64,000 nt of DNA from NCBI GenBank assembly GCA_965222375.1, contig CBDCTZ010000013.1, positions 480,001-544,000 on the forward strand. Direction: 5' to 3'. Origin of the DNA: Polyangiaceae bacterium (GTDB taxonomy: Bacteria > Myxococcota_A > Polyangia > Polyangiales > Polyangiaceae). Positions 10,295 to 18,488 of the stretch are shown one piece after another. The translations under genes and the position numbers were made by a program. Position 1 is the first letter of the stretch, and the number at the start of each line of letters is the position of its first letter. The notes beneath the pieces are model-generated. The model searched no databases. It was given only the letters and a program-made list of their open reading frames with translations, and was not told the origin of the DNA.

Positions 10295-11482
10295 ATGTCG
10301 AAGCCTCCCTTGAGCCTGGCTGCCCTCTCGGCCTTGGACGCCCATCTCAGCGAAGAAGAGCGGATGATTCGCGACAACGTCGGCCGATTCGTCCGCGAGC
10401 GCTACCTGCCCCGCGCCGGGGAGCTCTTCGAGAAAGGCGAATTCCCATTGGATCTGGTTCCAGAAATCGCCGACATGGGCCTGCTCGGGGCGGGCCTCTC
10501 CGGCTACGGCTGCGCGGGCATGAGCCCAGTGCAGTACGGACTGATCCTGCAGGAATTGGACTATGGCGACTCCGGTCTGCGCTCCTTCGTCAGCGTCCAG
10601 GGCTCCCTGGCGATGTACTCGATCTGGGCCTACGGCAACGAGGAACAGAAAAAGAAGTACCTGCCCGAAATGGCGCAAGCCAAGCTGATCGGCTGCTTCG
10701 GTTTGACAGAGCCCGACAGCGGTTCGGACCCAGGCTCGATGCTCACCCGTGCACGCAAGGATGGCGACGACTGGGTCATCTCTGGCACCAAGATGTGGAT
10801 CACCAACTCGCCCATCGCGCACGTAGCCGTCATCTGGGCCAAAGTGGAAGACGGCGGACAGGAGTCCATTCGAGGTTTCATCGTCGAGCGCGACATGAAG
10901 GGCTTCGAAACTCCTACCGTACACGGCAAGATGAGCCTGCGCGCGAGTGTCACCGGTGAAATCGTTCTAGACGAGGTCCGCGTACCGAACGCCAACATGC
11001 TGCCCAACGTGCAGGGCCTCAAGGGCCCCCTTGGCTGTCTGTCCCAGGCTCGCTTCGGTATCGCCTGGGGCGCCCTAGGGGCCGCCAAAGCCTGCTTCGA
11101 GTCCACCCTGGACTACGCCAAGAACCGGGTGCAGTTCGGCGTGCCCATCGCCAGCAAGCAACTGATCCAAGCTCAGTTCGCCGACATGGCCAGCGAGATC
11201 ATCCAAGGCGACATCATGGCCCTGCACTACGGTCGCCTAAAAGAACGCCAAGGCGGCAAGCTGCTGCCGCAGCAAGTTTCCTTGTGCAAGCGCAACAACG
11301 TCAAGGTAGCCCTCGAGGTCGCGCGCCGCTGCCGATCCATTCTAGGCGGCAACGGCATCCTGCTCGAGTATCCCGCAATCCGTCACATGAACAACCTAGA
11401 GAGCGTCTACACTTACGAAGGCAGCCACGAAGTGCACACGCTCGTTCTGGGTCAAGCGCTGACGGGGATGAACGCTTTCTGA
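10295..11482 (+). CDS. Acyl-CoA dehydrogenase (glutaryl-CoA dehydrogenase-like)
   Basis: GCFGLTEPDSGSDP, KMWITNSP and NLESVYTYEGSHEVH motifs. Confidence 0.92.
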   Translation: MSKPPLSLAALSALDAHLSEEERMIRDNVGRFVRERYLPRAGELFEKGEFPLDLVPEIADMGLLGAGLSGYGCAGMSPVQYGLILQELDYGDSGLRSFVSVQGSLAMYSIWAYGNEEQKKKYLPEMAQAKLIGCFGLTEPDSGSDPGSMLTRARKDGDDWVISGTKMWITNSPIAHVAVIWAKVEDGGQESIRGFIVERDMKGFETPTVHGKMSLRASVTGEIVLDEVRVPNANMLPNVQGLKGPLGCLSQARFGIAWGALGAAKACFESTLDYAKNRVQFGVPIASKQLIQAQFADMASEIIQGDIMALHYGRLKERQGGKLLPQQVSLCKRNNVKVALEVARRCRSILGGNGILLEYPAIRHMNNLESVYTYEGSHEVHTLVLGQALTGMNAF

Positions 11483-11610
11483 ATCCTGTCGCAGGGGCGG
11501 CTGCTGCATCCAAGTCCGACGCCGGATCGAGAATCCACGCAACTCACGACGGCCACGAGCCGACCAAGTCGCCCACCCCGGAGCGGGCGGGAACGTTTTG
11601 TGAGTTTGTG

Positions 11611-11656
11611 TTTTTTTGGGGTCGCTTCCCTGGGGCAGCGTGGGCCACTACTCTCG
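11611..11656 (+). repeat. Dispersed ~50-bp motif, copy 1 (TTTTGGGGTCG-N6-7-TGGGGCRGC..GGG.CACTACTCTCG)
   Basis: Aligns by eye with 14548-14595(-), 18271-18318(-) and 62931-62974(+). Confidence 0.8.
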
Positions 11657-11720
11657 ACGAGGGCCGCGCGGGGGCGAGCCCCGAGGAGGCTGCGAAGAAA
11701 CGTGACAGCACGTGTGGTGC

Positions 11721-12161
11721 TCACTCTGGGCGGGACAATGTCTCCGCCAAATGCGGACAGGCCTTGGCGAGGTGGTAGAGTTCCTGACAAAGGCAGCCAC
11801 AACCCCAACCCAGGCAAGCTGTTGCCTTGGAGCAATCGCAACTGCGCGGAAGCTCGAATCGCAAGAGTCGCTCTTCTTGACCGCGAGAACAGCGCGCACA
11901 CGGCCTGCAACCAGCGGGGCAGGAACGCTCCCAGCGCGTGGAGTTGTACAACTCGGATCGAGTGTTGGGGAACACGCGCTGAATGTCGCAGTACGTCTCT
12001 TGGGGCATACAGCACTCGGCGCAGCCGGGTTGCCCCGGGGCCCGGCAGCCTTCGGTGGGGTCGCCCGCAAAGAACGGATCCAGCTCAGTGTCGAGAGCGG
12101 CAGGACTCGGGGCGCAGGAGCACACAGCCGCCACCCACACAGGTGCGAGTCGGTGCCTCAT
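11721..12161 (-). CDS. Cys-rich putative lipoprotein (18 Cys)
   Basis: Signal-like N-terminus ending AAVCSC; dense CxxC/CxC patterns typical of myxobacterial exported proteins. Confidence 0.6.
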   Translation of the reverse strand: MRHRLAPVWVAAVCSCAPSPAALDTELDPFFAGDPTEGCRAPGQPGCAECCMPQETYCDIQRVFPNTRSELYNSTRWERSCPAGCRPCARCSRGQEERLLRFELPRSCDCSKATACLGWGCGCLCQELYHLAKACPHLAETLSRPE

Positions 12162-12489
12162 CGGCCACCCACGTTGTTCACCCATCGAGTCTACCCGATC
12201 CCACGCCTACGAGCTGCAAGCCGGCCGCGAGCGAAGGGCACTGCCGGACTAGGTCGGGTCCCACCGAGTTATGACAAACCCGGTTCGTGCAATACCGAGG
12301 GCTGCTAGGGAAGATTGTCCGCCGAGTCCAAGGAGCCTCGGTGGTGGGCAGTCGGCGAGGGTAGTTGTGTCGGATCTTGAACGGAAACGCACCCTCGGGG
12401 GAGCCCCGCAAGTCGGACGACTCCGGAATTAGTCGCATCGTGACACGCGCGCTGGCGACTGCGTGTCGGTCGACACTGGACGCGGCGCG

Positions 12490-12587
12490 CGCGCCGGCGA
12501 TAGCGTCTTGCCGGCTGGTAGGGGCTGCGATGCGGGCGGGCCTTTGAGGGCCCGCCACATCCGCATCTCCGCCAGGGCGCCGGCGCC
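12490..12587. repeat. Inverted-repeat arm downstream of HNH gene 1
   Basis: Reverse complement matches 14078-14176; contains a GGCGGGCC-N6-GGCCCGCC palindrome. Confidence 0.9.
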
Positions 12588-12594
12588 CCCGTTG

Positions 12595-13827
12595 TCAGCG
12601 CAGGCGCTGGTTTCGAGTGTGTGGCAAAGCTCGTTTGGAAGGGCAGAGCAAAGCGAGCGCTTGGCGCAGCAGGACTTCGAGTTCGGGTTCCGTTCGGCGC
12701 TTTCGCAGTGTTTCCAGTGCCGCTTTGACCTGCGTGCGCTTGAAGCCAGATCCGATCAGCGCCTTTGTAGCTTTCGCGTGGGCCTGCGCTTCGCGCTGCT
12801 TGCGCCGAATGTGCTCTTCGCCGAACTCACGCCGAGCGGCGTCTAGGTTATGGGGCCTGCATAGCAAGCAAAGATTCTCCGCCGTGGGCGGACCGCCACG
12901 GGCATGCGGATCGACGTGTTCTAGAGTCACGCAGCGCCGCTCGCTGCAGCGTCGCCCTTGTTCGTCTACGAAAGTGCACTGATGGTCGTCACGGTTCCAA
13001 ACTTCCCGAACCACCGAAACCTGCACGTGTCGTGAGCCCTCCTTGAGTGGCCTGAGCTTTCGCGGCTTTTCGCTCACTGCGCCCTGACGTCGCTTGGTCT
13101 CCTTTTCGATGAGCTCGTCCAGAGCACGCTCAAATACCTCTCCCAAATTCCCCGGTGGAACGGCGTGGCTGAGCAGGTTGCGAGCATGCTCGAGCTTGGC
13201 ATGAAGCTCCGCGCTAGCCGTGAACTCCACGCGATAGCTCTGTGCCGAGAGCGGCTGCACTCGGCTCCGCGCGGCGTCTGTTCGTTCGGGGGTGGTGTCA
13301 TCCACGGGCTCCATGCCATCCGGTCGCCGGCTCGTTACAGGAAGGGCACCCGACTCAGAACCGCTTGCGCCGGTCCCAGGACCGGTAAGATCCGCTCCGA
13401 GCGGAGTGATGTTCGGCAGCACATCCGACTTGGGAAACCATCGGGCGATCACCAGCTCGATTTCGCGGCGCGTCTTGCCTCGGGCTTCGGCGAGTAGCGG
13501 ACCCGCATTGTCTTGTCTCAGGTGCCCCGAGAGCAGAAACAGCCCGGTCAGGTGGATGGACCCGCTCGTCAATTCGTCGAGGATCTGCGGCAGCTCCCGA
13601 TACAGACGCGCCACGCGCATTCGCTTCCGGGCTGCGTCTTCCGAGTAGCCAAGCCGCTGGACGCAGAAGGTGTAGAGCGAGGAGCAAGCCTCACGCAGGA
13701 AGAGCTTTCGACGGTCGACTTCCGCCAGGTAGACGATGACCTCGGCTTTCGCCCGACGCTCCTTGGACCGGAGCACCGGCAGCTGCGCGAGAAGTTGTTC
13801 GTCGCTGAGTGAAGCGAGAGTGTCCAT
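12595..13827 (-). CDS. HNH endonuclease (DUF222/13E12-like N-terminus) with RuvA C-terminal-like domain, copy 1
   Basis: RDDHQCTF...RCSE...LEHVDPHARGG...ENLCLLCRPHN HNH/Zn motif; C-terminal ALIGSGF...LLRQALALL. Confidence 0.9.
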   Translation of the reverse strand: MDTLASLSDEQLLAQLPVLRSKERRAKAEVIVYLAEVDRRKLFLREACSSLYTFCVQRLGYSEDAARKRMRVARLYRELPQILDELTSGSIHLTGLFLLSGHLRQDNAGPLLAEARGKTRREIELVIARWFPKSDVLPNITPLGADLTGPGTGASGSESGALPVTSRRPDGMEPVDDTTPERTDAARSRVQPLSAQSYRVEFTASAELHAKLEHARNLLSHAVPPGNLGEVFERALDELIEKETKRRQGAVSEKPRKLRPLKEGSRHVQVSVVREVWNRDDHQCTFVDEQGRRCSERRCVTLEHVDPHARGGPPTAENLCLLCRPHNLDAARREFGEEHIRRKQREAQAHAKATKALIGSGFKRTQVKAALETLRKRRTEPELEVLLRQALALLCPSKRALPHTRNQRLR

Positions 13828-14077
13828 GCTTCTTTCGTAACACGCGTTTTCTTGGCGTCACCATCAGCGTGCAGTTCGCGTTTCAGCCAAGCAATCGCGA
13901 GCGAATTCGATTTGAAACTGAAACGACATCACGCACCAGTCTCACGCGCACACCGAGCACTCGAGCGGCGTGTCGTCGCAAACGACTCACGCGCGTCCCA
14001 AAGTCCGTCAAGCACAAAAATGCGGACACGCGCAGAAAGTTTCGCGTTCGCAATCCACTCTAGGTACTGATGAGCGC

Positions 14078-14176
14078 GGCGCCGGCGCCCCGGCGGAGCA
14101 GCGGAGGTGGCGGGCCCACAAAGGCCCGCCCGCAGCGTAGCCCCATCCAGTCGGCAAGACGCCCGTCGCCGGCGCG
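14078..14176. repeat. Inverted-repeat arm upstream of HNH gene 1
   Basis: Pairs with 12490-12587; direct homolog of 17807-17931. Confidence 0.9.
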
Positions 14177-14547
14177 AATCTCCGCAACTCAGCATCGCGG
14201 TCGCCCGACACATTGGTCCCGCCCCGAGGGCGGGCTCCGTATAAAATCGGGCAACTGAAGTCTTCAGTGTGCCGACCAAGTTGCCCTACCACCCTGGGAT
14301 TCTTGCGTTTGGGAATGCGCAGAAGCGCTTCCTCTTCCTATCAGCCCTTCATCTCTCGGCCGGACGGATCGTTGCGTGCGTGTCCCCGGGCGCGGTGTCG
14401 GCATCGGGCCCGAGTTCCGCGTTGAGCCCAACAGTCGCCCAGCACACCAGCAAAGGTCGAGCTTACTCTCGATGGCGCAGCGCCCGAACGCCACCATCCG
14501 AGCGTGGCTCCCGTTGTAGCAAGCATTCGCGCCCCGTGGCCCAGCAC

Positions 14548-14595
14548 GGGAGTAGTGGCCCAGCGCCGCCCCAGCGTCCCGACCCCCCAAAAAAG
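14548..14595 (-). repeat. Dispersed ~50-bp motif, copy 2
   Basis: Minus strand reads TTTTTTGGGGGGTCGGGACGCTGGGGCGGCGCTGGGCCACTACTCCC. Confidence 0.8.
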
Positions 14596-14641
14596 ACAAA
14601 ACGGCCGAGTCGAGTCTGGCACGGAGCAATGCTCGCTCTCG

Positions 14642-14677
14642 GGAGCTCAGACTTTGAGCGGGATGTTCACCTTTTGC
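14642..14677 (-). pseudogene. Duplicated 3'-end fragment of pilT (att-like remnant)
   Basis: 32/36 nt identical to 18484-18519; encodes QKVNIPLKV-stop versus QKANIALKV-stop of pilT. Confidence 0.8.
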
Positions 14678-14929
14678 GGGAAGGCCGAAAGCAAGCCAAC
14701 GCCGCACTGGACACGCTTCGAAAACGAGGATCCCACCCTCGCCTGGGGCTCCGTGGCGCTGCTCGGGTAGCGGCGGATTGAGGCTGCAGCCCTGCCAGCC
14801 GGCCGTGACCGTCGGCCGCAGCGCAGCTATCGCTCAGCCGAGAGAGCGAGCTCAGGCAATGAGTCGCGCCGAGCGCTAGTGCCCGGCGACAGCGCCATGT
14901 AGACTACGAGACGAAGGAGGCGTTCGAAC

Positions 14930-15880
14930 GTGGCGTCCCAGCAGGACAGTTTCGGACGCAGGGGCGTCTCCTCCCAGCAGGACAGTTTCGGGCGCAGGGG
15001 CGCACTGTCCGGCCGCGCAAGGAAGCTGTGGGCGCTGCTCGCGCTGGGCTGCACCGGCGCGTGCCAAGAGCCCACGGAGATCCGCCTCGAAATCGCCACG
15101 AGCATCCCAGCTTGCAAAGATGTGAAGCTCACGGCGATCGCTGCCGGGCGCCCGGGCGACGTGGGGCAGCGTGCCTTCAGCGCCGAGACCAACAAATGCG
15201 AGTCAGCCACGGGCAAGATCGGGTCCCTGGTGCTGGTGCCTAGCGGCGGTGATGGTGATGCCCTCGGCGTGCAGGCGGTCACGGCCCTGGGCCAGATGAC
15301 GCCGGGTAGCTGCAAGGACAACGGCTACAAAGTGCTCGCCGGGCAATCCGGCGGCTGCATCGTGCAGCGCAGGCAGCTGCGCTTCGTGCCGCACACGCCG
15401 CTCACGCTGCCGATCACAATGGCCGCCAGCTGCATCGATGTGCCCTGCGACCAGGAGACGACTTGTCGGAGCGGATCCTGCGTGCCGCGCGAGCTGCCTG
15501 ATCCGGAAGGCTGCACGTTGCCCGGAGGGTGTGGGGGTAGCGGCGGTTCCGGTGGAATGAGTGGCAGCGGAGGCAGCGGACCGACCGCTCCGTTGGCGCT
15601 CGGCGGGGTCCACACCTGCGCGCTGACCACTGCCGACGCGGTCAAGTGCTGGGGTTCCAACACCTTCGGCCAGCTCGGCGATGGCACCACGACGCCACGA
15701 CTCAGTCCGACCAACGTCCCTGAGCTCAGCTCCGGCGTCGCCGCCGTCGCCGCTGGAATCTCCCACACCTGCGCCGTGACCACTGCCGACGCGGTCAAGT
15801 GCTGGGGTTCCAACACCTTCGGCCAGCTCGGCGATGGCACCACGACGGACCAGCACAGTCCTGTCGGGATCTCGCTGTAG
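14930..15880 (+). CDS. Lipoprotein with Cys-rich N-domain, Gly-Ser linker and two RCC1 repeats
   Basis: Lipobox CTGAC; two HTCA.TTADAVKCWGSNTFGQLGDGTTT repeats. True start uncertain. Confidence 0.8.
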   Translation: MASQQDSFGRRGVSSQQDSFGRRGALSGRARKLWALLALGCTGACQEPTEIRLEIATSIPACKDVKLTAIAAGRPGDVGQRAFSAETNKCESATGKIGSLVLVPSGGDGDALGVQAVTALGQMTPGSCKDNGYKVLAGQSGGCIVQRRQLRFVPHTPLTLPITMAASCIDVPCDQETTCRSGSCVPRELPDPEGCTLPGGCGGSGGSGGMSGSGGSGPTAPLALGGVHTCALTTADAVKCWGSNTFGQLGDGTTTPRLSPTNVPELSSGVAAVAAGISHTCAVTTADAVKCWGSNTFGQLGDGTTTDQHSPVGISL

Positions 15881-16197
15881 AGCCGTTGGGTCCGAGGCTA
15901 ACGAACACTAGGACCGACAGGCCCGATGCGGTTTCCTCATCATCCTCCCGAACCCTAGCGGCAACTGGCGGCCCAGCTTCGCCTGGGGCTGCGTAGCCTC
16001 CACGGCCGTGGTCGACGATCACCGTTGTGCACGAGTTCTGTACACCTCGGACGCTCTTGAGCCGAGTGTGCGCCGTGCGCCGGGCAGCTCCCACCACCTC
16101 GCATCCCGACGCATGCGAGGTGGCACGGTGTTGTCGAACAACATGGAACGCGCGACGCGCGCAGGCGCTGGATGTCAAGCAACCTCGAGTGCATGCC

Positions 16198-16295
16198 CGC
16201 GCCGGCGACGGCGCCTTGCCGACTGGTGGGGCTGCGATGCGGGCGGGCCTTTAGGGGCCCGCCAGGTCCGCATCTCCGCCGGGGGCGCCGGCGCC
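16198..16295. repeat. Inverted-repeat arm downstream of HNH gene 2
   Basis: Direct homolog of 12490-12587; pairs with 17807-17931. Confidence 0.9.
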
Positions 16296-16302
16296 GCAGT
16301 TG

Positions 16303-17547
16303 TCAGCGCAAGCGCTGGCTTCGAGCGGGTGGCAAAGCTCGTTTGGGAGGGCAGAGCAAAGCGAGCGCTTGGCGCAGCAGGACTTCGACTTCCGGTTGTG
16401 CTCCGCGCGCTCGAAGTGCGCTCAGTGCCTCGTTGACGGGCTTGCGTTGGAAACCGGATGTCACCAAGGCCTGTGCGGTCTTCGAATACGCCTGCGCTTC
16501 GCGCTGCTTGCGCCGAATGTGCTCTTCGCCGAACTCACGCCGAGCGGCGTCTAGGTTATGGGGCTTGCATAGCAAGCAAAGGTTTTCTGCAGTGGGCGGA
16601 CCGCCACGCGCATGCGGATCGACATGTTCTAGAGTCACGTAGCGCCGCTCGCTGCAGCGCCGCCCGTGCTCGTCTACGAAAGTGCACTGATGGTCGTCGT
16701 GGTTCCAAACTTCCCGAACCACGGTGACCGGTACGTGTCGTGAGCCTTCCTTGAGTGGCCTGCGCTTTCGCGGCTTGTCACTCACGACGCCCTGACGTCG
16801 CTTGGTCTCCTTCGCGATGAGCTCATCCAGAGCGCGCTCAAATATCTCTCCCAGGTCTCCCGGCGCGACCACGTGACTGAGTAAGTTCTGTGCCTGCTCG
16901 AGCTTCGCGTGAAGCTCCGCGCTGGCCGTGAATTCCACGCGGTAGCTCTGTGCCGAGAGCGGCTGCACTCGAGCCGGCGCTCCTTGCTGACCTCCTGCGC
17001 TTCCGTGAGATTCACTTGTCCCAGGATAGGTAACGCCATCAGCCACTTCGGCGGGACCTTGGTTCTTCGCGGGGTCAGTGGCGACTGCACCTATCCCAGG
17101 GCGAGTGAATTCCGCCCCGAGCGGCGTGATGCTGTCCAGCACATCAGGCTTGGGGAACCATCGCGCGATCACAACTTCGAGCTCACGCCGGGTCTTGCCG
17201 CGAGCCTCGGCCAACAGCGACTCGGCGTTGTCTTCGGCTAGATGGCCCGAGAGCAGGAAGAGCCCGGTCAGGTGAATCGCCCCGCTCTTCAGCTCATCGA
17301 GGATCTGCGGCAGCTCCAGGTACAGGCGAGCCACGCGCATTCGCTTCAAGGCAGCTTGCTCCGAGTAGCCGAGCCGCTCGACGCAGAACGCAAACAGCGA
17401 GGAACAGGCCTCCTTGAGGTAGAGTTTTCGACGCTCAACCTCCGCCAAGTACACGACGACCTCAGCGGTCGCCCGTCGCTCTTCGGAGCAGAGCACCGGC
17501 AGCCGCGCGAGTAGTTGTTCGTTGCTGATAGAGGCGAGCGTGTCCAT
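16303..17547 (-). CDS. HNH endonuclease with RuvA C-terminal-like domain, copy 2
   Basis: Collinear paralog of 12595-13827 (MDTLASIS start, same HNH motif); differs mainly in the central linker. Confidence 0.9.
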   Translation of the reverse strand: MDTLASISNEQLLARLPVLCSEERRATAEVVVYLAEVERRKLYLKEACSSLFAFCVERLGYSEQAALKRMRVARLYLELPQILDELKSGAIHLTGLFLLSGHLAEDNAESLLAEARGKTRRELEVVIARWFPKPDVLDSITPLGAEFTRPGIGAVATDPAKNQGPAEVADGVTYPGTSESHGSAGGQQGAPARVQPLSAQSYRVEFTASAELHAKLEQAQNLLSHVVAPGDLGEIFERALDELIAKETKRRQGVVSDKPRKRRPLKEGSRHVPVTVVREVWNHDDHQCTFVDEHGRRCSERRYVTLEHVDPHARGGPPTAENLCLLCKPHNLDAARREFGEEHIRRKQREAQAYSKTAQALVTSGFQRKPVNEALSALRARGAQPEVEVLLRQALALLCPPKRALPPARSQRLR

Positions 17548-17806
17548 GTTTCTTTCGTAACACGGGGGTATTTGCCTCCACCGCTGGCGCACAGTTGGCG
17601 TTTCGGCGATGCGCCCACCGGCGAAGTCGTTTCAAAGCCGAAGCGCCCTTAGGCTTCGGTCTCGCGTGCGCACCACGCGCTCGAGTCGCTCGTCTCGAAT
17701 TTGAAAACGACGCGTCTCAGAAACCCGTCAAGCACAAAGTGCATCACAAGGGCAGAAATTCCTCGTCACTCGTGCGCGCACTTCGCGATCCTTCTCTGAC
17801 GACTTC

Positions 17807-17931
17807 GGCGCCGGCGCCCCGACGGAGCTGCGGACGCGCTTCGTGATACCCGACGGGGTGATGTGGCGGGCCCAACCAAGGCCCGCCCGCAGCGTAGCCC
17901 CTCCCAGTCGGATCCACACCTGTCGCCGGCG
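17807..17931. repeat. Inverted-repeat arm upstream of HNH gene 2, with a 27-nt insertion at 17835-17861
   Basis: Aligns with the other three arms apart from the insertion. Confidence 0.85.
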
Positions 17932-18270
17932 ACAATCTCCGCAACTCACATCGCGCTTGCCCGACAAGTTGTTCCCGCCCGATGGGAGGGCACCGTACAG
18001 AATTTCGCGCAACTGAATCTTCAGTGGGCCGACCAAGTTACCCACCCGCCCTGGGGCCCTCTTGTCACAGAGTTGCCACGCCACGCTTTCCCCTATCAGC
18101 CTTCCGTCTCAGTGGCGGAGCGTGCGTCACGCTACGCTTTCTACGACCACCGCGTCACTTCGGGACGCAGCTCGGTCTGCTACGCCACGCATTCTATGGG
18201 CAGCGCTCGCCACAACGCCGTCCAAGCGTGGCTCCCGTTGGAGCAAGCATTCGCAATGCATGGCCCCGCT

Positions 18271-18318
18271 CGAGAGTAGTGGCCCAGTGCCGCCCCATTG
18301 CCCCGACCCCAAAACCAA
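18271..18318 (-). repeat. Dispersed ~50-bp motif, copy 3
   Basis: Minus strand reads TTTTGGGGTCGGGGCAATGGGGCGGCACTGGGCCACTACTCTCG. Confidence 0.8.
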
Positions 18319-18488
18319 ACGGCCGAGTCAAGTCTGGCGCGGGAGCCACGCTCGCCATTGAGTTCCACGTACTTCCCGGTACGGGGGTACTGCCGCGCGG
18401 TCTGCGCGAAGGCCAAGGCACCCGCGGCGTAATCTCAGCTCAGACCGTGTTCGCCCGCTGCAGGCAGGCACCTGCGGCGTAGCGGAGC

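Noticed and set aside
14249..14286. GGGCAAC...GTTGCCC dyad as an integron attC site
   Set aside because: Only 38 bp, does not fit RYYYAAC/GTTRRRY, is not positioned after cassette ORFs, and there is no IntI in the window.
13852..14781. Short ORFs within the HNH leader regions
   Set aside because: Reading frames are not preserved between the two homologous leaders (indels), so they were treated as non-coding.
15611..15847. RCC1 repeat pair as a DGR TR/VR pair or CRISPR repeats
   Set aside because: Both copies are in frame in one protein, the differences are not adenine-specific, and there are no spacers or cas genes.
12595..17547. HNH proteins as IscB/Cas9-like nucleases
   Set aside because: No recognisable RuvC I-III or PLMP motifs; RNA guidance remains only a hypothesis.
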